A stretch of 64,000 nucleotides of DNA from Minutocellus sp. GHC0000111. Lineage: Eukaryota. The notes under the pieces were generated by a model that had not been told where the DNA came from, searched no databases, and saw nothing but the letters and a program-made list of their open reading frames with translations. The translations under genes and the position numbers were made by a program. Of this stretch, positions 44,863-55,827 are shown piece after piece (positions within the stretch are counted from its first letter, which is position 1; each line of letters starts with the position of its first letter). Where the stretch lies: positions 6,076,001-6,140,000 of the forward strand of contig OZ361256.1 of assembly GCA_977018835.1 (NCBI GenBank), read 5' to 3'.

Positions 44863-46625
44863 ATGAATGCGAACGACAGAGCGACACGGCTGGAGGAGGA
44901 GGCCCCGACCTTCCGCTCGGCGCCCGTCATGGCCGTCGCAAGGCCTCCCAGCCTGGCCCGCGGCGTGGGCATGGGCCTCGACCGCGTCCCCGGAGATTAC
45001 CTCCACGCTGGACACCTCCAGCAGCCGCCGCAGTTCGAGGAGCCCAAGGACGACATTCGCAAGATGATGGCCGCCGAGCAGCGGGGCGATTCCAAACCCG
45101 CACCTGCCGTCGCTGGTGGTGCAGCTGTAGCCGCTGGCGAATCCAACTGGACTGTCCGCGGTGGGTCCGCCAGCCTCCGATCGGTGCCGACGTACTACCC
45201 GCTGGAAAAGTCCACCCGATACGTGTCCGGCAGGAGCCTCGAGGACATTACCGCCCAGATTAGCGATTGCTGCCGCATCATGAGCGTCCACGCCGAGTAC
45301 GAGGGCAACGACGACGTACCGGTGAGTTTATGAATAGGGAGGGGGTTTGGAAGTGGATAGAAGACTGATAGATGACGGGGACTTTTTTTGGAAGTTTGGA
45401 GGTTGTTCGTTCCTTGCGACTCCATTGCCTTCTATTTTTAGTCCTGCACGGGACGAATGGTATGAGAAACCAATGGACTGTATTTTCTCATGTATATGCC
45501 ATCGTTACTTTCTCTCAACCCATTCCTGATCGCTACGGACAACAGGGCACCGCCTACCTGCGCACGTCCGAGCACGTCGAGATCCAGCTGCAATTATGGC
45601 AGGGCACCGCCCCCCGCCATCCCGAGGACTGCGTCATCGTCGAGGCCCAGCGCCGCCGCGGCGACGCCGTCACCTTCCACAGGTACAGCCGCAACCTCCT
45701 CGATGCCGCCACCGGTACCTTCAACCCCGCCGCCTACGTCAGCCTGGAGGATCGCGAGGCCGAGTACTGCCAACGGGCCGAGGACGTGCTGGTCCATGGC
45801 AGTGGCAAGAAGCCATCGATCGAGGGTGCCACCACCGAACACGAGAATGCCCTGTTGGCCCTCGAGATTGCCGCCAGCCTCCTCAAGAAGGATCGGATGG
45901 ATGCCCGGCAGCTGGGCATGGAGAGTCTGTGCCTTCTGACCGACCCCACCCGCACCGGCGTCGAGACGGCCCTCATCGCCAGCCGCGTCGTGCTGACCGG
46001 TTCCACCCAAGACGAATCGCAAGACGATGCCAAGGACGATGACTACGACGGTGCCGATCAGTGGGGCATTCGCGAGGCCATCCTCGCCCTTGTCCAGTTC
46101 GGACGGTTGGGCGACGACGGTGGCTTCGAGCAGGACGTCGATTCCGACGACGATTCCTGCGCCGGATGCAGCGGCAGCGGCGTCCCCCCCGACGTGCAGC
46201 GGCACAACGACATGCTGCACAACCTCGCCCTCGCCGTGCTGGCCAACGCCCTCGACGTTTTGGAGAACCACGGCGCCCGACTTTGCGAGGCCGGTTCCGA
46301 ATCCCCCTCCTCCGTCGCCGATGCCTTCCTCAACGACTCGCACGAGATGATGGAGAAGGACATCCTCAAGACGCTGCTGGGCAAGCTCGGAGATGCCGAG
46401 GTCAAGCCGCACGATGCCACCCTCTCCGCCAAGTGTCTGCGATCGCTCTGCGAGGCGTCCAAGGACGCACGGCGGAGGGCCCGGGACCTCAAGGCCAAGC
46501 AGATCGTCCAGACGGCTCTCGAGGTGGGACAGCGCACTCACGTCAAGCTCGAGAAGGAGTCGCAAAAGGTCATCCATACCCTCGCCAAGGAGACCGAAGA
46601 GGAGACGACGGGTGATGACCACTAA
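44863..46625 (+). CDS. Hypothetical protein (KA1-like alpha/beta domain plus helical C-terminus); exons 44863-45321, 45546-46625
   Basis: Strong GC3 codon bias; GT-AG intron 45322-45545 joins the ORFs in frame; IVEAQRRRGDAVTF resembles a KA1-type end; helical region with RQLGMESL. Confidence 0.7.
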
Positions 46626-47062
46626 GAGATTATCATCTTCCGCAAGCCATGGGAAGCGATCTCACTCAAAATCTAATCGGATGTCGCATCATTATGTAGA
46701 ATAGGAACGAACAGAGGAGCAAGAAGAAGAAAATGGAACTATGAAATAGTATTAGTATTGCAAGTAGAGTTGACCCTGACTGAAGGAGGGCGCCTCTAAT
46801 ATGGAGGACGCGGCGAATTAGGTAGCTAGAGGCTATGTATTTTCCCACCAACAACACATTGCACGTGCAGCACGCGGCTCGTTCATAAGAAAAACACCAT
46901 TTTCATATAGTCCTCATGATTTAGACCCAATCGCGGTAGTTATTTAGTTTAGAGTACGGAGACGGCCAGCGGTCGTAGGCGGCAAAGATGATGTGTCCAT
47001 GACGGCATCATTGAATCGAACTTATTTGAACTTTTCAATCCAATCGTTATTCTTTATCGTTC

Positions 47063-48202
47063 TCACCCCATCAGCTTTCTCAGCTCATCCTCGCTGCTCT
47101 CGCCCTTGAGGAACCTCTTGACGGCATTCTCCACATCGCCCAACCTTACCACCGTCCTCGAATATTCGTCCATGGTGGTGGCATGCGAATCGGCTTCTCT
47201 CTTCAACTTTTTCTCTAGACCATCCTGCGACCTCTTCAGCCGACTCAGCTCGGGCTGAACCTCCTGCAATTCCTTTTCCACCTTGCTCTTTTCCACGGCG
47301 ATCCTTCTACGATTCTCCTGCGCCTCAAAGACGCTGTTTTCAATCTCGCCAATCTTGACACCGAATCGCTCCCCCATGGCCGTCATTTCAGATTTGAGGT
47401 AGGATATGAGCTTGGTCTTGGACTCCAATTCGGCTTTTATGGTTGCATCTTGATTCGATTGGTGGTTGTTGGACAAAGCTTGCTCGAGCTGTGAACGGAC
47501 CTTGTCCAACTCCGATCGGAGACTACTTGCATCGGATGCTGCCCTGCTGTACGTATCGATTGTAGCATCTCGTGCGGCCAGCTTCCCATGCAGCTCGCTC
47601 AGCACATCGGCCGACTCGATGCGGCATTGTTCGGCTCCTCCGTGTGCCGATGAGAGCAATCGTTGAGCTGAGGCTGCCTCCTCAAGGGCCAAGTTGCACT
47701 TTTCATGTAGCGAGGTGGAGGACGATACATGCCGATTTACAAGGAAGTGATTGGATGCGATGTATCCGCCAGCCAAGCCGATGCAAAAAATCACGAACGC
47801 CCCAGGGCCAGAGGAAGGTGTTCCTGTACGTGCACTGCCATGTCCATTCATGCTCGCGTATTTGTCACTACTTTCCTCGCCTTTTTGACTCCCAGAGACC
47901 AACCGCAATATGACAATTATGGCCCGCATAAGTAGAGCGATGGCCACAACTGCATTCGTCAGCGATGCGATCAGTGCGACATCCCCGCTGTTTATTGTCT
48001 GTATGATGGAATCAAAACTCCTGTCGAGCAAAATCATATTGACGATCGGCGGAAGTGATAGGTAGGAATTCAGCACCACCGAAATGAGGACGACGGTCCC
48101 CCAGAGGAATGCCATTGTTCTTGTAACAAATCTTTCCTCGTGACTTTTGGGTTTATAGGCGCGAGCGGCGCGAGTGAGCAGGCTTTGGATCGAAACAATC
48201 AA
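47063..48202 (-). CDS. Membrane-anchored coiled-coil protein (5' end uncertain)
   Basis: 379-codon ORF with three hydrophobic segments followed by a long heptad-rich region. Confidence 0.55.
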   Translation of the reverse strand: MIVSIQSLLTRAARAYKPKSHEERFVTRTMAFLWGTVVLISVVLNSYLSLPPIVNMILLDRSFDSIIQTINSGDVALIASLTNAVVAIALLMRAIIVILRLVSGSQKGEESSDKYASMNGHGSARTGTPSSGPGAFVIFCIGLAGGYIASNHFLVNRHVSSSTSLHEKCNLALEEAASAQRLLSSAHGGAEQCRIESADVLSELHGKLAARDATIDTYSRAASDASSLRSELDKVRSQLEQALSNNHQSNQDATIKAELESKTKLISYLKSEMTAMGERFGVKIGEIENSVFEAQENRRRIAVEKSKVEKELQEVQPELSRLKRSQDGLEKKLKREADSHATTMDEYSRTVVRLGDVENAVKRFLKGESSEDELRKLMG

Positions 48203-49694
48203 CCGTATGCTATGTTAATGTCTAGAAAATGGGTCATCGAGATGCCGTGGGTGCTGGTCGGTGGTAGCATGAAGCAGCAATGCTGCCAGCAACTACACGT
48301 ATTGCATGAAATGACGGGGCGGGTGGGATCTCTGCTGGCTGGGGTTGGGGCTTAAGTATTTCTGGAATATCTTTTTGTGGTTCTTGCAATACGAAAAAGC
48401 AAAGATGTTGTTCAGGGCGTCCACACGTCCGTCCCTCTCCCCGCCCAGCCAGCTGCTGCTGCTGCCGCTTGCTTCTGCCTCGACTCTGTCAGCTGATATG
48501 ATCATTCGAGGCAAGCTGCAGGTGCTATAATTAGTTCTACTGATACATAGGCCCACAAAAGCCCAGATACCTTTAGCACAATGACTTGACTTTTGAATAC
48601 TGCTCATCATATTGCTTATCCGTGCTGTTGCTGAGTCCTCTCTCGTCTCAAACGCCAGAGATGGAAGGCAGCAGAATTTCGTCGTTCCGAACGAACAGAC
48701 AGCCTCATCTTTTCCTCTATAGATCTATTACTCCCTCAAACTTCCTTTCAACCTCTTCCAGTCCATCATCAACCCGTATTGTTTAAGTTTTTCTTTGCCG
48801 ATTATTCCCAATAGCTGAATTTGTACAATTTGTTTTTTCTCCCTCTCACTCATTGCATACTCATGCATATGAAGCTCCATACATGTATGCATGTCTGCAG
48901 CCCACAAGCCCGCACACCACAACTAACTGAACTTAGATGGCAAGCGGAGGCGGCGAGTTGCCAACGGTCGGCTTGGGCATGGCGGGACTGCGCGAGTGCG
49001 CTGACGGCGATGGGGGCATGTAGAATGCCACCTGGTAGCACTTTTTCAATATGCTACGCAAACGTCGTCCCAGAATTCGTGTTTCGTGCGTGTTGCAAAA
49101 TCGATGCGGGCCGAAATCATTCGTTGTCAAACGCGTGCGAAACAAGAGAGGTGTGAGAAATGAGCACGCATGGCGATTATCATATGCATCAAACCGCACG
49201 AACCAAACACTCCAACGAATGCAACTCCTTCTCACCTCTCCAGATCATACAATCCGTCGGCATTCTTGGCGTCGGAAGTTGAGAGAATTCCCTCGACGCC
49301 TCCCCGTTTCTTCAGGGCCGGAGCGGCGCATATGTCCCACGACGCCGCGGCCTCCCGCGCCTCCTCGATGGTGGCAACTGTTGTCTTGGGGGGTAGCTTG
49401 GCCTTGTCAGCGGAGAAGGTGGGGGTCGAGGCGGTGATCATTTGCTCGGTAGTTCGTTCGGGGTTTGATTGGCTTTTCTTCGCCGGAATATGAAGACTTG
49501 GGGAAGTTTCAACTGTAACTTCCGGGTTTCTTTTTTTTCGAGACTTGGCCTTTCAATCAAAGCGGCCGACCGAGAGGCCGCATATAGATACTCCAGATAC
49601 CGGTGTTCAGTGCAGGCGGTAGGAGACAACTGGAAGAGCAAACCCCGGCGAAGTGCCTTTTCAGAAGCAGCCTAGGTAGAGCTATTTGTAGAAG

Positions 49695-50771
49695 ATGGCT
49701 TCCTTGCTGGGAGATGGCTTGAAGAAACACGCCTCTTCCCTACCTCCCGACTTTGACGTCGAGGCGCATGGAAAGCACCTGCTCGAGCTCAGAAACGAAG
49801 GCGCTGCGCTCGGCACAGAGCACGCGGCGAAGAAGGCCAAGTTGGCGAAAGAGTACGAGGACAAGCTTGGAGCACTGGATCAGCATTACCTGGAAAAACT
49901 AGAAACGAACAAGAATCAGATCGAAACGATTCGTACTGCCATCCGCTCGAACGGCGGAGCGGAGCCGGATTCTCTGCTTGTTGTTGGGAACGACGCCTTA
50001 TCCCGCACAATGTCCTATATGAGCTTACTCGAAGTTGCCAAGTGTGAGCAGTTGTCCAAAATATTCAAGCTTGCCGCCAAGACCAGCTGGGATGCTCACT
50101 ACAAGCTCGTCCCGGAAGGCTGCAAATCGTCTAACTCCGATCCTCGTACAAGGACCATCTGGTTCTACTTGGCGACCAAGTTGGCGGACAGCTGTTTGTC
50201 CACCAATCCTACATACGGACACGCAGCGTTGAAACTGCCATCCGGATGGCCTCTTCCTCAGCTGAAGAAGCGATGCATCGGCAGTCTTACATTCTTTGTC
50301 CGTTTCGTTGACAGGGACAGCAGGAAGACCTTGGCGCAGGGGTTTACGAGAGGAATTTCGCACCATGGTTCAGCAAGTGGAGCTCATCTCTCCTTGGACG
50401 ACATAGACTTTTCGGAATGGCCCGAACTGAAGGCCCTCGTGCCATTTCCAGAGGATGGTGTTAGATTCAGTAAGCTACAGAGCGCTTTCGGGCAAGCGTT
50501 GCTACTTGTAGCCATGATCGACGGCGTGCCGGGGTCAGGAACCAGACCAGACGTTTCTCTGGCATTCATGTCAAATGCTGCTCTTTTGATAGCTTCAAAG
50601 AGCAATTCCGACCCACAAATGCATTTTTTCCCATATAAAGATTGGGCTCTGGACTGGAAGACACCTAAAAAAGTCAAACGCGTGAGGATATCAGCATTGA
50701 TTTGTATTGGACAAGGAAAGTCTGGACCCATCCCGACTTATTCATTTACAATAGAAATTCGCCAATCCTAG
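49695..50771 (+). CDS. F-box-like domain protein
   Basis: 358-aa ORF; N-terminal coiled coil, then LLVVGNDALSRTMSYMSLLEVAKCEQLSKIF (F-box-like). Confidence 0.6.
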   Translation: MASLLGDGLKKHASSLPPDFDVEAHGKHLLELRNEGAALGTEHAAKKAKLAKEYEDKLGALDQHYLEKLETNKNQIETIRTAIRSNGGAEPDSLLVVGNDALSRTMSYMSLLEVAKCEQLSKIFKLAAKTSWDAHYKLVPEGCKSSNSDPRTRTIWFYLATKLADSCLSTNPTYGHAALKLPSGWPLPQLKKRCIGSLTFFVRFVDRDSRKTLAQGFTRGISHHGSASGAHLSLDDIDFSEWPELKALVPFPEDGVRFSKLQSAFGQALLLVAMIDGVPGSGTRPDVSLAFMSNAALLIASKSNSDPQMHFFPYKDWALDWKTPKKVKRVRISALICIGQGKSGPIPTYSFTIEIRQS

Positions 50772-50953
50772 GTGCGTAGCCGAATTCAATGGGTGGCCCA
50801 TGCTTGCGAATATGCTACGGGCGTACGGGTGTACGGGCGTGGAAAAGTATTTGCAAGAAGGAAATAAATCTAAATCGTCATTGCTATGTACTGTAATGTT
50901 CATTATCGCTTCATTAAAGCAGGCGTAATTTACTCAAAAGGAAAAAGAAAGCT

Positions 50954-51544
50954 CTACGGCACCTCTTCCACCATGACGGGCTCATATTCACCACAACTGC
51001 TGCCTCTACCCCGAGATATATTGTACGATTCGTTGGCAGCCCGTTCATCATCTGGGATGGATGCTATTGATCGAGCATACACTATCCTCGTCACGTCGTC
51101 GTGATCTTCCATCTCTTGACGAATCTTGGTATTCATGCAGCATGCTGTTGGTACCGTGCTTTGCAATCGCCGGTGCAGTATTATGTACGATTCTCTCGTT
51201 AGGAGGTGGTAGTATCCCCATCCCGCCGGACCCTTTCCATACACAACATCAATCCTCCGCTCGGCGGTAGCCATTCGAGACGATGAGCCCACAGTTGACG
51301 ATGTGTCGCCCACTTCATCCGGGACGAACACGGGATCTCCCTTGGCGGTCTTGCCTTCCACATCTACCCAGTGAGTTCTGCCAGTATCATCTGGAATGAG
51401 AGGATATTCCGCATAGGAACTTGCAAGCTCGGGACATATCTGCGCCATCTTCTTGTTCATTTTCTGTGCGTTGGCGCAAAATTTGGCAAACTCCCTCACG
51501 CAGCCGCTGCTGGACATTCCGCGGTGAAGTTCGACGTTTGGCAT
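50954..51544 (-). CDS. Hypothetical protein
   Basis: 196-aa ORF from ATG with protein-like composition (YGKGPAGWGYYHLLT, RIVYARSIASIPDD); family not recognised. Confidence 0.55.
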   Translation of the reverse strand: MPNVELHRGMSSSGCVREFAKFCANAQKMNKKMAQICPELASSYAEYPLIPDDTGRTHWVDVEGKTAKGDPVFVPDEVGDTSSTVGSSSRMATAERRIDVVYGKGPAGWGYYHLLTRESYIILHRRLQSTVPTACCMNTKIRQEMEDHDDVTRIVYARSIASIPDDERAANESYNISRGRGSSCGEYEPVMVEEVP

Positions 51545-52135
51545 GTTGGCTGGCTGGCCTTTGTTGTGGTAAATGATTCCAATATTATGAAGCTGCTACT
51601 GGTACCGCGGGAAAGTTGGACAATGGCCGAAGGCTGGAGGATAAATCGGCCAAACTGGCAAATCGGGACCAACTTCAAGTTCAAACAACCAGACAACCAG
51701 AAGAAAGACATTTGAGAGAGAAGTTCTACCGTACCGTAATGAAGGCGATGTTCAACTTTAACGATTGGTCTACTTCAGGCCAACCACGAAGAGGCATATG
51801 ACCATATCGATTCAAAAGACTTCACTCATCTCAGCTTGCCCATTTGTTCTGAACATAACAGTATCAAACTCAGTTTCGACTGAATAAATGAATCGTTTCT
51901 GAGGCAATCCTCTCGTCATTTGCCACAAACCACCAATTGCTTGCCGCCACATTATCATCATGGGCCATCCGCCGCTCCTACAAGGTCCAAGGTAAACAAG
52001 AGTATCCCAGCGAATCTTCCTCCGACAAACAAACTTTCGCCCGACCGACATCACACCACCAGTCAATACCCGATTCCACCAATGCCTGCCAGCCAAAGTC
52101 CGACACTGCGTATCCTCCCAACACGAACTGATCAT

Positions 52136-53179
52136 CTAACTGCTCGGTGCATTCTTCCTGGCTTCGGCCTTGACCCGTCTCTTGTACTCGGCCTTGTTGT
52201 TCATGAAGAGCTGGTAGGCCTCCGACTGGGCGGGACTGTTGGGGTTGGGATCGTCGAGGAGGTCCTGGATGCCCAGGAGCATCTGCTTGATGGTGATGGC
52301 GGGACGCCATCCCTCCTCCTCGTTGAGGATGGACAGGCAGATGGTCCCGGACGGGTAGACGTTGGGATGGAACAGGGGCGGGACGAACTTGCACTTGGGA
52401 GGCTTGGACGGGTACTCCTCGGAGAACTCGAGGGTGACCTTGTACACGCCGCCGGACCAGTCGGTGTTCTCCTTTCCGGGGATGCCGGTCTCCCACTTCA
52501 TGAGGTTGGACGATCCATCGCCCTTGGATTCCGGCCGGGCGTAGAAGCCGAAGGGATGATCCCGGCGCCAGTTTTTGTGCTCCTGTGATAACGAGGAGAA
52601 TAAGGGGACCGAATGTTAGCCATTTCAAAAGAAATGCATTGGCATTTGCCTGCCGGAAGACACATGACGCATGGAAATTGACCAGAGCGCACACACACTC
52701 TCCTTGTGGACCGGCGGAGCAGTAAATCATATTGATTCTTCGTATGTTCAAAATCTCTCAATGTTGCCGCCATTGTCGGGCGTAAAACAAACCCCGCTTG
52801 GCCCAGCCGACAAGTCAAGTGCCGAGCGGACGCGCGTCGTCCGGCACAAGACACATCGAGATACCGGCGGTCTTCTCTCGCACGCAACGGCGACCACCCA
52901 GAGCAAAAGATACAGGGGCGTTTGCCGTCGCAAACATCCATGAGGTGTCTTGCCTCTTGCCAATGGCATCGGAAAACGACTCGAAGCAATACGCAGCACA
53001 CACATCAAACACATGACGCAGGTTCCGCACAAAAACCCTCGACCAAAATTTTTATCGCCTCGGCAAATCAAACCTCAGCAGTGCCAAAACGCGGCGAAAC
53101 TTGGGCATTGGGAACAATGCCAAAATGCAAGCAATTTGCTTACCTCCGCGAGACGTCCTCGTGCGATACCTCCGGACAT
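52136..53179 (-). CDS. UBC9: SUMO-conjugating enzyme UBC9; exons 53179-53144, 52582-52136
   Basis: [12 protein letters not shown] | [17 protein letters not shown]...GIPGK...[10 protein letters not shown]...[16 protein letters not shown]...WRPAITIKQ...PNPNSPAQ; 561-nt GT-AG intron 52583-53143. Confidence 0.95.
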
Positions 53180-53565
53180 GGCTGAACTCGTTTGGCAAGC
53201 AGTTACCTCTCGACTGACTTGGTTGGCTGGCTGGCTGGACAGCAAAAATGAAGCTCGAAGATGAAGAGCGCCGGCATCGCTAATCCCGATTTTTGAATGA
53301 TGCGAGAACCCGGAAAGTTTGAGAAAGCAAGCCTGCGATGATGAAGCAAAAACGGCACATCTTGTGGTGTGGTCAGAAGATACTAGGCCTAGTACGAGTA
53401 CGCCGGAGGGAAGGACGGTATGGAATGCTAATTTGCGTCGCAATATTTTTTTCAGATTCTGCTCTCTGAACAGCAAGTCACCTGTTGCTAGAGAGTATTC
53501 CATTCCAACTCACGGCCAGTCGAGAACGAGGGAGAGGGAGTTTCCACGGCAAGCAAACGCAAATC

Positions 53566-54554
53566 ATGGACGGAGAACGTGCCGAAAGGAAGAGAAAGTA
53601 CGAGAAGATATCTGTCGAAGAAGATGATGATGCCGGTAACGATGACAATATTGATTCCTCAAATTTCGATCCTGAAATACCCGGTGAAGAAATTGACGAC
53701 GTCGATGATGATCAGAACGACACCTCCATGATTCTCGATTCCACGCTGGATGTTACCGGCATCGTCGGCGCCCCATTTCGTGGTCGGAGCCCCATTTCAC
53801 ATTTCCTCGGATTCATTCCGGGATGAGCATTTCCGACCTCAAGGTTGAAGCCTGGGAGCGCGGCTGGGCTGCGCCGGACGACGCCGGTAAGAGCGAATTG
53901 CTCTCCTACCTTCGCGTGGGGTCCATGTGCATAAGCCGAGTGAAGCAAATTGCCAGGGAGGAGCTCCTGTCCATGGATCCTGCCTTGGCCGAAGGAAGCG
54001 AAACTACGGCCGCCGATATTTTCAGGCTGAATGGGCTGGCATTCATTGACATGGAGGAGCTGTACCGTGCATCTGTGTTCGTGTCCAAATCCTTCGAAGA
54101 TCAGTGCCAGCGTGAGCTCCGTCGGAGATGCAAAAAAGTCCATCCAGCGTTGTTCAAGGCGGTGACGTCCAATCCTCGACTGCGTCTTACGTACAAAATG
54201 TGGAAGCGGTTTGAATTGGACCCCTTTGCTTCCGTCATGAGTGGACCTGGAGCAACCTGGCCAACTCTGCAGCCTAGTTCTCTCGACAAGAAGGACGGAA
54301 ACGTAGATGTTTTACTTGAGATATCGTTTGGAGGAAAAGTTCGCACAAGACGAGAACAACATCGGTTTCGTTGGCTGATCTACCATGGTAATTTGTCTGA
54401 GCGGCAAGTGAAGCATCATTGCGTTCTTCTGCATCTTCCTGCGTCGCGTAACCCGGAAATCACATGCGCATCGGGCATGGCGGCGGCCGCCAGGGACCCA
54501 GGAGCCAGGAGGAGCCGAGTCAGAGGCCGATACCACAACGTCAGGCAAGCTTAG
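53566..54554 (+). pseudogene. Degenerate gene with acidic N-terminus, SAP/HeH-like and F-box-like segments
   Basis: Two overlapping ORFs (frame change at ~53823); MSISDLKVEAWERG...GKSELLSYL (HeH-like); DIFRLNGLAFIDMEELYRASVFVSKSF (F-box-like); 3' part looks frameshifted. Confidence 0.45.
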
Positions 54555-54570
54555 TGTAGATGCAGCAACG

Positions 54571-55776
54571 ATGATGAACGCCAATAGTCGAGCGCTCATA
54601 CTGGCCGCTATGGTTCACTGCAGGGCTTCTACTACCGCGGCATTCACGCCAATCAGCATGACGCCTGCTTTTCGTGCCGTTTCTGGTAGAGCATCTGACT
54701 CCAACGGGCCTTCAACGTCTCTGGGCGCTGCTGCTGCTGCGGCAGCCTCGTCCTACGCCGACTTTACTCTGGAGGAGCAGTCCAAGCACGTGCAAGATGC
54801 ATTGTATCGGGTTCGGCAATGTAACATTATTCCTGATGAGGTTCGTGAGTCGCTCCTGCCATTTGTAGTAAACGATATTGCACTGGGCATGGTAACGCCC
54901 AAGACGGCCGAGATACTCTGCAACGCTTTATCGGACCACGACGAAGAGGCGGTATTTGAGATTGGAAACAAGAATGACGACGAGAAATTCCTGACGCTGA
55001 CGACAGCGGCAGGAACATCCTCGGATTCTCGCACCCAAGCAGTGGCACGTGTGACCAACGCCCTCCGTGAGGCTGGTTTCGTTACTGGATGGCGCGATGA
55101 GCTGTATCCAGTATCGACCAGCTTTTACACCACTCCCACCTTCCTCATTGAGCGTGCCGCCGCGCCGCTTTTGGGGTGCATAGAGTACGGGGTCCACATA
55201 AATGGGGTGGTAACCGATCCAGCGACCGGCGTGGACAGAATGTGGATGGCCCGGAGGTCAGCCACCAAGTCCAAATATCCCGGTATGCTCGATCACATCG
55301 TTGCCGGAGGACAGCCACATGGCATTGGTTTGTTGGAAAATGTGGTGAAGGAATGCGGAGAAGAGGCGGGCATACCAGAAGAAATGGCACGGGGCAATGT
55401 GATGGCGGCCGGGGCAATATCGTACGCCTACTTTGAGCCAAGCGCTGGACCAGGTGGAGCTCTGACACGAGCTGTCATGTTGAACTATGACATCACGCTG
55501 CCAGCGGAAACCAAACCGACGCCGGTGGATGGCGAGGTGGATGAATTCTTCACATGGAGCTTCGAGGAGGTATTGAGCAGTTTGGCAGAAGATTACAAAG
55601 ACCCACTGAAGCCGAACTGCTATCTTGTGGTGGTCGACTTTCTGTTGAGAGTTGGGCTCTTGAGCCCCGAAGCCGAAGGGTACCTCGACGTGCTAAAGGA
55701 GCTGCGTGGCGGCACTTGTGCAAAAAAAGAATATGCAGGTGCTGGTAGATACCTCTTACTACTAGCTAGAAGATAA
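54571..55776 (+). CDS. Nudix hydrolase (plant NUDT20 / DUF4743-like), plastid-type presequence
   Basis: TAA-F presequence; GWRDELYPV, ERAAAPLLG-x-x-x-YGVHING, RRSATKSKYPGMLDHIVAGG; Nudix box KECGEEAGI; DGEVDEF; KPNC. Confidence 0.9.
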   Translation: MMNANSRALILAAMVHCRASTTAAFTPISMTPAFRAVSGRASDSNGPSTSLGAAAAAAASSYADFTLEEQSKHVQDALYRVRQCNIIPDEVRESLLPFVVNDIALGMVTPKTAEILCNALSDHDEEAVFEIGNKNDDEKFLTLTTAAGTSSDSRTQAVARVTNALREAGFVTGWRDELYPVSTSFYTTPTFLIERAAAPLLGCIEYGVHINGVVTDPATGVDRMWMARRSATKSKYPGMLDHIVAGGQPHGIGLLENVVKECGEEAGIPEEMARGNVMAAGAISYAYFEPSAGPGGALTRAVMLNYDITLPAETKPTPVDGEVDEFFTWSFEEVLSSLAEDYKDPLKPNCYLVVVDFLLRVGLLSPEAEGYLDVLKELRGGTCAKKEYAGAGRYLLLLARR

Positions 55777-55827
55777 CAAGGTAGCAGCGATGATATTTTA
55801 CTTCAAAATTATTTCTTTATTATTTTT

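Noticed and set aside
49232..49441. Short codon-biased minus-strand fragment (TVATIEEAREAAASWDIC...)
   Set aside because: No start, splice structure or family could be supported; possibly a gene remnant.
642..55776. Clustering of plastid-targeted genes as a functional cluster
   Set aside because: The products are functionally unrelated, and plastid-targeted genes are common in diatom nuclear genomes.
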